This document shows positions 1-9,199 of a stretch of DNA of 24,795 nucleotides, in pieces. Below the pieces are notes generated by a model. That model saw only the letters and a list, made by a program, of their open reading frames with translations, did no database searches and had not been told where the DNA came from. Both the position numbers and the translations under genes were made by a program. The DNA comes from Tubiluchus corallicola. Taxonomy: Eukaryota > Animalia > Priapulida. Every line of letters starts with the position of its first letter. Position 1 is the stretch's first letter. The stretch covers positions 1 to 24,795 of the forward strand of contig JAQGDQ010001808.1 of assembly GCA_030141605.1 (NCBI GenBank), given 5' to 3'.

Positions 1-176
1 AAGCTGTAGTAATGTCCAGCATTCGCTTGACCGCTATGGACCACAATACCGACGAGATCATAGATGCAACCAAACTGTTCAACTTCCATGGATTTCTCAC
101 GGTTCTTATTGTCCTGCTTTTCGCGACACGCCAGTCCTTCCGCAGTGTACGGCTCCATGTCCAAAACCCACGGGAA
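1..176 (-). CDS. USP24: USP24-like deubiquitinase exon with His box (continues past window start)
   Basis: Acceptor ttgcag at 177-182. Translates FPWVLDMEPYTAEG...YDLVGIVVHSGQANAGHYYS, with the catalytic His codon at 12-14. Phase-0 join to exon 981-1100. Confidence 0.93.
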
Positions 177-385
177 CTGCAATTGGAGAAATTCAACAGA
201 ATAATGAAAACCCACGGGAAACAAAATGTTGCAAAAGAAAAGATTTTTTGTCAATAACCTACATACATATACTGTAATATTTGCACATGATGCAGTAAGT
301 ATTGTTATTTGCAGTACCTAAAATTAGTTTTGGATAAACCATCAGATAAAAAACACCACACTAATTATAATTCCTTGTAACAATA

Positions 386-780
386 CAGTCATATCTCGGT
401 TTGCGGACCTCGCTTTTAGGGATATCGGAAAAATCGGACAAAATCTGGACCGTTAAAAAGTCCTACATACTACAGACGCAAGTCGATGTTTCGTGAGCTG
501 ACCGCTAGTTGGTGGGCTGTCACTTTGTTTACATCAGCGCAACCAAGCAGCGTGTGACGACACGTGTGTAGCTTCTAAGTCGGCGTGTTTAGTGGTTTAG
601 AGTCAATTATGTGGAGTTATTTGAGTCAAATGCCAACAGATTTTATATATTTTTGTATAGGAGCAGCCCATACTAGATGTTTTTGAGACAATTAAGCAAT
701 TGATTCTACATTACCGTGAGTCTAATGCACGGCACCTTCTATATTAGCTTAGTATCGGAAATACGGACAATTGGCAATTC
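386..780 (+). mobile_element. Truncated TA-flanked DNA-transposon (Tigger/pogo-like) fragment
   Basis: TA|CAGTCATATCTCG start with repeated CGGA subterminal motifs. Segment ~611-720 resembles ~7378-7490. No right TIR found, so the end is approximate. Confidence 0.4.
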
Positions 781-980
781 AATTCAATTCAAAACGTGCA
801 TTTATTTCCATATTCATGATATAACCGAGGCAAGTAAATGTATTTAATTATCACAATGGAAATAGGATGGCGAAACAGCAAGAAGGTCAACTTCCTGTGT
901 CTGCCCGGTTTCGTCCAGCAAACTGAGATATGAGTATGTTGACACAAAATACTTGATAAAACATTAATAAATTCGCAAAC

Positions 981-1100
981 CTTGAAATGATCGTCAAATT
1001 TAATGGCTCTGTTCGTTTCCCAGTCGTAATCGAATCGTTTGAGCTGCAGGCATAAGATGGGAGGTAAAGACTTAATGCAGGTCCTTTTAACTGTGTTTCT
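981..1100 (-). CDS. USP24: USP24-like exon (USP domain)
   Basis: tttacag|[40 protein letters not shown]|gtttgc; 120 nt, phase 0/0; LQLKRF USP motif. Confidence 0.95.
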
Positions 1101-1155
1101 CTGTAAAGCAAGCATAACCATGAAACATCAAAAAATACTTCTAATACAAAATGTA

Positions 1156-3972
1156 CAGTAACTCCTCGCTTAACGACGCTAATGAGTTGCAGCAAAACGC
1201 GATGTTAGGCGAAACGTCGTTAAGCGAAACTAAAACTTCCATAGAAAGTAATGTAAAAGAATTGAGATACGTTCCAAAGGCAAAAACGAATGCTGCTTAA
1301 ATCGTATAAATTAAATGTTTGATGAGTTTGTTTATGGTTTCTTCTAGTTAATTTCTTTCTGCTTGAAATCGCCCACCTTTCGTACCACTACGTACCTATC
1401 TAGCGGTTTCTCTTTCATTAAGGTTTAAGCCTATGCAGCCATTAAACAATAAGCACTGCAGAGTCAAAGCCAAGTGCTCCATGAGGCGACACTGAAAATT
1501 TTATCATACCAGAGTACTGTATCATTTACTACGTATACTGGTTGCTATAGCAACAGGTTGCAGGTAGAATTCCTTCTCACAAAGTTTGTTTACAGGCCTC
1601 GCTTGATAGAAACCACTGCTAGTATAGTAGTTAGTCCAAAAGAAAAAACGTGTATAATAATTGCACTGTTTACATTATTAATGCACTTTCAAAACAGAAT
1701 AATGCACTATGTGCCGTTTTGATGCTTCAAATTAAGTAAAAAAGTTGTTGATTAATGAAAATTGGCTTTCGGTAAAGCAAGAAAAGGGATCATTAAAACG
1801 ATACGGTGCATCGTTAAGTTTAAAACAGTGTCAAATGTTCGGCGTCGTTAAAACGAAACGTCGCTAAACGGGGAGTCGTTAAGTTTAAAACAGTGTCAAA
1901 TGTTCGGCGTCGTTAAAACGAAACCTCGCTAAACGGGGAGTCGTTAAGTTTAAAACAGTGTCAAATGTTCGGCGTCGTTAAAACGAAACGTCGCTAAACG
2001 GGGAGTCGTTAAGTTTAAAACAGTGTCAAATGTTCGGCGTCGTTAAAACGAAACGTCGCTAAACGGGGAGTCGTTAAGTTTAAAACAGTGTCAAATGTTT
2101 GGCGTCGTTAAAACGAAACGTCGCTAAACGGGGAGTCGTTAAGTTTAAAACAGTGTCAAATGTTCGGCGTCGTTAAAACGAAACGTCGCTAAACGGGGAG
2201 TCGTTAAGTTTAAAACAGTGTCAAATGTTTGGCGTTGTTAAAACGAAACATCGCTAAACGGGGAGTCGTTAAGTTTAGAACAGTGTCAAATGTTCGGCGT
2301 CGTTAAAACGAAACGTCGCTAAACGGGGAGTCGTTAAGTTTAAAACAGTGTCAAATGTTAGGCGTCGTTAAAACGAAACGTCGCTAAACGGGGAGTCGTT
2401 AAGTTTAAAACAGTGTCAAATGTTCGGCGTCGTTAAAACGAAACGTCGCTAAACGGGGAGTCGTTAAGTTTAAAACAGTGTCAAATGTTCGGCATCGTTA
2501 AAACGAAACGTCGCTAAATGGGGAGTCATTAAGTTTAAAACAGTGTCAAATGTTCGGCGTTGTTAAAACGAAACGTCGCTAAATGGGGAGTCGTTAAGTT
2601 TAAAACAGTGTCAAATGTTTGGCGTTGTTAAAACGAAACGTCGCTAAACGGGGAGTCGTTAAGTTTAGAACAGTGTCAAATGTTCGGCGTCGTTAAAACG
2701 AAACGTCGCTAAACGGGGAGTCGTTAAGTTTAAAACAGTGTCAAATGTTTGGCGTCGTTAAAACGAAACGTCTCTAAACGGGGAGTCGTTAAGTTTAAAA
2801 CACTGTCAAATGTTCGGCGTCGTTAAAACGAAACGTCGCTAAACGGTACGTCATTAAGTTTAAAACACTGTCAAATGTTTGGCGTCGTTAAAACGAAATC
2901 GCTAAACGGGGAGTCGTTAAGTTTAAAACAGTGTCAAATGTTCGGCGTTGTTAAAACGAAATCGCTAAACGGGGAGTCGTTAAGTTTAAAACAGTGTCAA
3001 ATGTTCGGCGTCGTTAAAACGAAACGTCGCTAAACGGTACGTCATTAAGTTTAAAACACTGTCAAATGTTCGGCGTCGTTAAAACGAAACGTCGCTAAAC
3101 GGGGAGTCGTTAAGTTTAAAACAGTGTCAAATGTTCGGCGTCGTTAAAACGAAACATCGCTAAACGGGGAGTCGTTAAGTTTAAAACAGTGTCAAATGTT
3201 CGGCGTCGTTAAAACGAAACGTCGCTAAACGGTACGTCATTAAGTTTAAAACAATGTCAAATGTTCGGCGTCGTGAAAACGAAACGTCGTTAAACGGTAC
3301 GTCATTAAGTTTAAAACAGTGTCAAATGTTCGGCGTCGTGAAAACGAAACGTCGCTAAACGGTACGTCATTAAGTTTAAAACAGTGTCAAATGTTCGGCG
3401 TCGTGAAAACGAAACGTCGTTAAACGGGGAGTCCTTAAGTTTAAAACACTGTCAAATGTTCGGCGTCGTGAAAACGAAACGTCGTTAAACGGGGAGTCCT
3501 TAAGTTTAAAACACTGTCAAATGTTCGGCGTCGTGAAAACGAAACGTCGCTAAACGGGGAGTCGTTAAGTTTAAAACAGTGTCAAATGTTAGGCGTCGTT
3601 AAAACGAAACATCGCTAAACGGGGAGTCGTTAAGTTTAAAACAGTGTCAAATGTTCGGCGTCGTTAAAACGAAGCGTCGCTAAACGGGGAGTCGTTAAGT
3701 TTAAAACAGTGACAAATGTTCGGCGTCGTTAAAACGAAACGTCGCTAAACGGGGAGTCGTTAAGTTTAAAACAGTGTCAAATGTTCGGCGTCGTTAAAAC
3801 GAAACGTCGCTAAACGGGGAGTCGTTAAGTTTAAAACAGTGACAAATGTTCGGCGTCGTTAAAACGAAACGTCGCTAAACGGGGAGTCGTTAAGTTTAAA
3901 ACAGTGTCAAATGTTCGGCGTCGTTAAAACGAAACGCCGCTAAACGGGGAGTCGTTAAGTGAGGACTTACTG
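1156..3972 (+). mobile_element. Tigger/pogo-like MITE expanded by an internal 65-bp satellite
   Basis: TA on both flanks (1154-1155, 3973-3974). 22-bp TIRs CAGTAACTCCTCGCTTAACGAC / CAGTAAGTCCTCACTTAACGAC (2 mismatches). Inverted sibling copies at ~9200-9944 and 10108-10369. Confidence 0.88.
1810..3960. repeat. 65-bp tandem array, about 33 copies
   Basis: Unit GTCGTTAAGTTTAAAACAGTGTCAAATGTTCGGCGTCGTTAAAACGAAACGTCGCTAAACGGGGA; period 65 (1811, 1876...). Confidence 0.97.
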
Positions 3973-4257
3973 TATCGCCACCAAAGCCTACGCATTTGTG
4001 GTCTTGTGCAAGGAGAAGAACACATTGTGTGCAATTATAGTTACACTAGCGATCTAAGAATTGATGATGAAGCGGAATTTAGTTCGTTAGATGTCTTTAT
4101 GGTCTCGACTCCATCCAACGTGCTCGTAACTATATGCAATAAATGTCTTTCTAGGGCAGACGAGTTAAATAAACAGTTACGTTTGTCATGTTTTTCCAGC
4201 TACAGTTCACACACTAGCACATTTATACTTATTCTTAATTATAATTTATACTTATAC

Positions 4258-4740
4258 AGAGCTTGGTTAGTACTTGGATGGGTGACCGCCTAGCAATACC
4301 AGGTGCTGTCTGCTTGCGGGATGCCCACACTGTATCTCGACACTACAACCACAAGCACCAACGGCTAGAGGGCGGAAAGGTCAATAAACAACGGCCATGT
4401 GTAGAGGAGTAAACCTTTCAAATCAGGAGTAGAGACCCGAAGGCGGACCAGTGCAGCATGCTCACTGGCTCCGGCAGCTCCTGCAGCCAACCTGGTGCCA
4501 AACGTCTCGCTCTGCTTTCCTTTGGACTACACCAGGGAGGAAGAGAGGGGGGTTCCTGTTGTCTGGGCAACTCAGGATCTCCATACACCTTGCCCAGGCG
4601 TGCGCCCGGAGAGGCCACTCCAGTGGTTCAAGGATCGGATTGCTCAGCCACAGTCGACGCTGCAGCTCCATCAATGTGATCAATAACTGACTCTCTTGGC
4701 GCACACTCCATTGTCTTCCGAGACAGAAGGATGCCAACAA
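4258..4740 (+). mobile_element. 5S rRNA-derived SINE (SINE3-type), 5' half of 5S missing
   Basis: Starts with the 3' half of 5S (GGTTAGTACTTGGATGGGTGACCGCC). Body is shared with 6520-6931 and 21169-21596. Ends TGTCTTCCGAGACAGAAGGATGCCAACAA. Confidence 0.85.
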
Positions 4741-4822
4741 TCTCTCACTCCATGTAACAAGATAATCTTTGTAAATAAATTACAACTACTATGCAGTACA
4801 GCTAAATTAACATTTTCCTTAC

Positions 4823-4961
4823 CTTAGCACCACACTTTTCACAGTAATAAGCATTATCTCCTTCCAATAGTTCCCCTTTTACATACTGAGCTAATGAATC
4901 CTGGAGATTTCCCGTTTTAACAGGAAGGTTTAAGGCACCAAACGTTTCCTCTCTCTCATAC
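4823..4961 (-). CDS. USP24: USP24-like exon (USP domain, CEKC)
   Basis: atgtag|(R)[46 protein letters not shown]|gtaagg; 139 nt, phase 2/0. Confidence 0.95.
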
Positions 4962-5252
4962 CTACATAAATAAATTACAAAAACGTACATCTATCAATAT
5001 AAGTGGTACTAACATGTGTAATACCTACAGTTTTCTAGCTATATGTAGTCATTATAATTTGAAACTTTTAACAGAAGCAGAAACCTGTTTGCATTTGTTC
5101 AAAACCTGCACAAGATGAAAAAATTACAGTTCTCATCGGATTCCAAAAGCTCTCACTCAAAACATGACTGACCGTGGCACACCTTCGACTCTTGTCGGAC
5201 GAAAAAACCCCGACGAGAAAGCGTCACCGTCCTTGAGATTACTGTTCCTTAA

Positions 5253-5801
5253 AGGAAAACCAGGCAATTGATTACATTCAATCTCATTTTAATTCACTGT
5301 TCAAAATTGTATTTTCTTGCCTATAAAAGTTAGCAATTGTTTCTAATGTCTGAGTAATTAACTAGGACAGTTAACACAACCGAACATAGCTACTGCTTAC
5401 GTCACAAACTAACCACAGTCTGTGCAATGGTTGGCATCTTCACTGTGCATCAAGCACAATTCCGCAAGCAAAGGCTGTTCTAAGACGCTGATGTGATGTC
5501 ACGAAAATGAGCTCTACGTCATACTGATGTCACAGACGAACGCTGCAGTTCACGATGCTGCTTATCACGTATTGCGGTACTGCGTCTATTTGTTGGCCCA
5601 CGACTATGACATAAAGGCGCCACTGCCAGTCTTTGTGGTTTCACTGAGCCACGCGTAGGTTTGAAAGTTGAACGAAATGAAACCATGCAAGGTAATTACT
5701 ATTTAATCTAAGCTTGGATTTAAATAAAGCTTTTGTAGTTTTCAATATTTTAGAGCACACTTTATTTTGAACTAATATCCACAGAATCGCTCGATATTCC
5801 T
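5253..5801. mobile_element. Kolobok-like MITE
   Basis: TTAA on both flanks (5249-5252, 5802-5805). AGG...CCT termini with imperfect TIR AGGAAAACCAGGCAATT vs AGGAATATCGAGCGATT (12/17). Confidence 0.6.
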
Positions 5802-6034
5802 TTAAAATGATTCATAAAACACGATTAAAACAATAATTCATTAAAGCGTGATTAAAATGTCAATCAGGCTTCCACTTAAGCTTGTATTAATAATCAGATA
5901 AACAAAATTCAATAACTGCACTCAGCCCATTAACACAGCTGTTATAGGGTTAATGACAGATTTTCCAAAATCAATAATCCCTATGGCGCATCAACAACAG
6001 TGTCCAGGAAATGTTGACTTTAGTAACTACCAAC

Positions 6035-6117
6035 CTGTGCGGACAATCCTTGCAAATTTTCTGATCGGAAAACAAACCCTGAAACTTCCTCTTGAAAATC
6101 ACTGGCTTCTTCAGCTT
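6035..6117 (-). CDS. USP24: USP24-like exon (CKDC); not shown in this frame in the ORF track
   Basis: tacgcag|KLKKPVIFKRKFQGLFSDQKICKDCPH(R)|gttggt; 83 nt, phase 0/2. Confidence 0.93.
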
Positions 6118-6519
6118 CTGCGTAAAAAAAATCAATAAAATTCAAATCAGCGAAGTGCAATAGCTCAGTGTTTAACCCACCAACCCCAGCGCTGGTACTG
6201 GCTTGCTCCATTATTTAGTATAGAGAAAAAATGACTAAGAAACTAAGCAAATGCTAAATATTTTCATAATACATGCCAGCAAACTTTGAAATTTATTGTT
6301 GTCATGAAAAAAACGGCCTATATTAGAACTTGGAGGCATATGTAAGTAAATTAATGTACACTCAGTAATCACCGCTTAATAGACTCACTATGAGATGGAA
6401 TTGTTTTGACCCAATTAACCAACTGAGTCAAATAGCCGAAGAGCTTAGTATGTTACTGCTATACAAGTATGAATCATCACTCATTACCTAAGCACTAGTT
6501 TTAAACAACAGTATTAGAT

Positions 6520-6931
6520 GGGCTGCCCACACTGTATCTCGACGCTAGGCGGAGGAGCTGTACAAGCAGCCAATGGCTAGAGGGCGGAGGAGGTCAAGTG
6601 ACCCAACGGCCATGTGTAGAGGAGTAAACCTTCCAATTCAGGAGTGGAGCCCCGTCATGCAAACTGACTCCGGCAGCCAACCTGGGTGCCAAACGTATCG
6701 TTCCGCTTTCCTTTGGACTACAACGGGGAGGACAAGAGGAGGTTCCTGTTGTCTGGGCAACTCAGGATCTCCATACACCTTGCCCAGGCATGCGCCCTGG
6801 AGACGTTGAAGGATCGCACTGCTCAGCCACAGTCGACGCTGCAGCTCCATCAGTGTGATCAATAACTGACACTCTTGGCGCACACTCCATTGTCTTCCGA
6901 GACAGAAGGATGCCAACAACAACAACAACAA
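6520..6931 (+). mobile_element. 5S-SINE family copy lacking the 5S head, with (CAA)n tail
   Basis: Body matches 4320-4740 and 21299-21596; ends GGATGC(CAA)6. Confidence 0.85.
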
Positions 6932-6983
6932 TTACACATAGTAAAAGCTATTTGGGTACACATAGTATATTATTTTAAGTGCG

Positions 6984-7490
6984 CAACTCCCGATTTTTTC
7001 GAATTTTTGGTCAAACAGCCTGCAGAAAAACGTTCTAGCGCCGCCTGGTGGGACTCTCCGAAGGAGATATATGGCTCTTTAGAAAGAGCAAGAACAGGGC
7101 TATACGATGCTTTAGAACACGTCCACCAAGTGGAGTGCCGACGAGTTAATTAGATGTTCTATTTTTGGCAATTTTCGCTTGGAAAACTGCTGACGCAAAG
7201 CCATTATATTCTGTCTGTAACCTTATAACTTTAATTCAGTAAAAGCTACTACTGGCTTTGCGTTATAAACGAGCACTATGTAGGATGTTCGTGCATTATT
7301 GATTATAAGTGTATTTATACGTAAACGTTTTTGCGGGGCCTATTATTTTAAATGCGTGAAGTAAAAATACTGATTATGCGGAGTTATTTGAGTCAATTAC
7401 CGACAGTTTCTATTTACATTTAAACAGGAGAGGCCCGTTCCAGGTGTTTTTGAGTGAATTACGCAACTGGGTCTAATAAACGGTGCCAAC
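6984..7490 (+). repeat. Unclassified dispersed repeat
   Basis: 6984-7321 is the reverse complement of ~19841-20210, with indels. ~7378-7490 resembles ~611-720. Confidence 0.75.
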
Positions 7491-7950
7491 AGTAACCCTA
7501 ACCTTGTAAAACTAGGTAAGTTGTGATTCACTAGATCATAACATACCTTTTGACAATTTTATTATAAATTTTCAATGCAAACTTAAAACAGCATTGGCCA
7601 AATCAGGTCCCCGTTTAACAAAATCACATTTCTTTTGAAACAGGGCAACAAAGGTGAAACCAAAATGAAAAAATAAATTAATTTTTGATAATTTGCACAT
7701 TTCTTAGTTGACATACGTAGTTAAATTAAAGTACTTTCCTAGATTCCCCATCTTAGTCAAAGTCACAGTGAAATTTAATGGCGATTATTTCCTGATAATT
7801 GTCCCGCAGGATGACAGATGAGCTTAAAAATCCATATCAATTCAACTTGACTTTATTAGCACTTTTAAACTTTTATAGTTAAAAACACACGAGTTTATTA
7901 AAGGTTTTACATTAAAAAAGTTAAAATCATGCCAAGCTACTGCTGTCATT

Positions 7951-7998
7951 CTTCTTCTTCTTCTTCCCAGCTTTTCCCTATGCGGGGTCGCCGTTAAA
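7951..7998 (-). mobile_element. 5'-truncated RTE-like retroposon 3' end with (GAA)n tail
   Basis: Minus strand reads GGCGACCCCGCATAGGGAAAAGCTGG(GAA)5. It is flanked by a perfect 14-bp TSD CTACTGCTGTCATT at 7937-7950 and 7999-8012. Confidence 0.75.
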
Positions 7999-8152
7999 CT
8001 ACTGCTGTCATTATCAGTGATAAATTTACAAACATACAACCAGACTTAATTAGTGCATAATACCTATACTTATTATACTTATCTAACACTTATATTATAC
8101 TTATTATACTTATATTTTTATACTTATTCTTACTTATAATTTATACTTATAC

Positions 8153-8221
8153 AGAGCCTGGTTAGTACTTGGATGGGTGACCACCTAGGAATACCAGGCA
8201 TGATGTTCTATACTGTAGGCT
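8153..8221 (+). mobile_element. 5S-derived fragment (SINE head remnant) preceded by a TTATAC-rich tract
   Basis: AGAGCCTGGTTAGTACTTGGATGGGTGACCACCTAGGAATACCAGG...CTGTAGGCT; same 5' junction as the copy at 4258. Confidence 0.8.
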
Positions 8222-8257
8222 CTGCCTATATAAACTGGTTGTATGTTTGTAAATTTA

Positions 8258-8289
8258 CCAATGATGATGACAGCAGTCGAAACGTTTGG
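8258..8289 (+). ncRNA. Degenerate minimal type I hammerhead ribozyme
   Basis: CCA-ATGATGA-T-GAC(AGCA)GTC-GAAAC-GT-T-TGG gives stem I CCA/TGG, stem II GAC/GTC and palindromic stem III ACGT. Core C3 is replaced by A. Confidence 0.6.
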
Positions 8290-8396
8290 CGAATTTTGAC
8301 TTTTTTAATGTAAAAGTTTTAACGAAATTGTGCCGTTTTTAACTATAAATGTTTTTAAGTTTCAGCAATAATTTTTTTTATTTTTATTCTCATCAC

Positions 8397-8577
8397 CTTT
8401 AGATGCTCGTCCAGTTGGTCAACTAGATCCGTGAAGAATTCGAATGCGTCCTGCTGTTCCCTCACGTTGACCGGTTGACCCCATAGGCGGAAGTGCTGCC
8501 AGAATTTGTTCGGCACGTAATACTGAAGCTTCGACTCAAGGAGATGACCAAACACGGCTTGCATTTGATGAAATACA
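8397..8577 (-). CDS. USP24: USP24-like exon (QQDAFEF box)
   Basis: catcag|(S)[22 protein letters not shown]...[22 protein letters not shown]|gtgatg; 181 nt, phase 2/0. Confidence 0.95.
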
Positions 8578-8682
8578 CTGATGTACAAACAGGAAATATT
8601 ATTACATTCATCGTCCGTAAGAAATTCACCTTATATCAATGCACAGATGGTAGACAGAATTGGATTTTATTAATAACGTATA

Positions 8683-8808
8683 CATTATTATCATCATCAT
8701 CATCAGCATCAGCACCAGCAGCACCAGCACCACCAACACCAACACCACCACCAGCACCAGCAGCAGCAGCACCAAAACCACCAGCAGCAGCACCACCACC
8801 ACCACAAC
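8683..8808. repeat. Compound trinucleotide microsatellite (ATT/ATC/AGC/ACC/AAC)
   Basis: Direct inspection; trinucleotide register is kept throughout. Confidence 0.9.
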
Positions 8809-8857
8809 CGACAATTTCAGCGCCACCCGATACATAAAAGCATTGTCTAAAACATAC

Positions 8858-9015
8858 CTATCCTCTGACTCTTCACTATCTACAGATAAGAGAGCAATTC
8901 GAATGTCAGACTGCATGTATAACTGCTGTATCACAGAGTTCATGTAACAGGTGGCGCCACCGTTTTTTAGACCGACGAAACCACAGGGGGCGCGACCTTC
9001 CACCGGTGGAAGATA
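8858..9015 (-). CDS. USP24: USP24-like exon with catalytic Cys box
   Basis: tttcag|[34 protein letters not shown]...EESED(S)|gtatgt; catalytic Cys codon 8947-8949; 158 nt, phase 0/2. Confidence 0.96.
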
Positions 9016-9199
9016 CTGAAAAAGTTTATATCTACGAATTAAAATGCACAAGACAAAAAAAGCACAAACAATTTTCAAAATCTGCAAATTTCTAGAGCAA
9101 TTACACAAAATTGATTTCTATAATCACAAAAGCATAAAAAATACATTTCAATGGAAAATTTTTGATAGAAAGTGATGCATACAAAAGACGCTATAAATG

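Larger units (their letters stand above)
7862..8359. mobile_element. Inverted pair of Penelope-like terminal-repeat fragments carrying minimal hammerhead motifs
   Basis: Arms ~7862-8043 and ~8235-8359 are diverged reverse complements (GTAAATTTACAAACATACAACCAG-like core, TTTTACATTAAAAAAGT). Each arm carries a hammerhead-like core. Confidence 0.7.

Noticed and set aside
12-257. Plus-strand ORFs overlapping exons (12-257, 5953-6138, 8493-8837, 13620-13829, 23195-23524)
   Set aside because: They are antisense shadows of USP24 exons with no recognisable product.
1810-3960. CRISPR array
   Set aside because: Units are head-to-tail with no unique spacers, the context is a eukaryotic intron, and there are no cas genes. 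The same applies to the 23- and 45-bp arrays.
4418-4740. Cluster of short ORFs in SINE bodies (also 6573-6931, 21423-21742)
   Set aside because: Reading frames differ between copies because of indels, so this is a GC-rich non-coding repeat.
5085-5231. Selenocysteine UGA with SECIS
   Set aside because: The hairpin is upstream and intronic, lacks a clear AUGA/GA quartet with AA loop, and would be spliced out.
8858-9015. Calling the gene USP9X/fat facets
   Set aside because: The Cys box is intermediate, but NGGATC, SRxAAYE, DNILLAGH, ACFMRxxWAAAAG and DVDYETRQ match my recollection of USP24. A phylogeny would confirm this.
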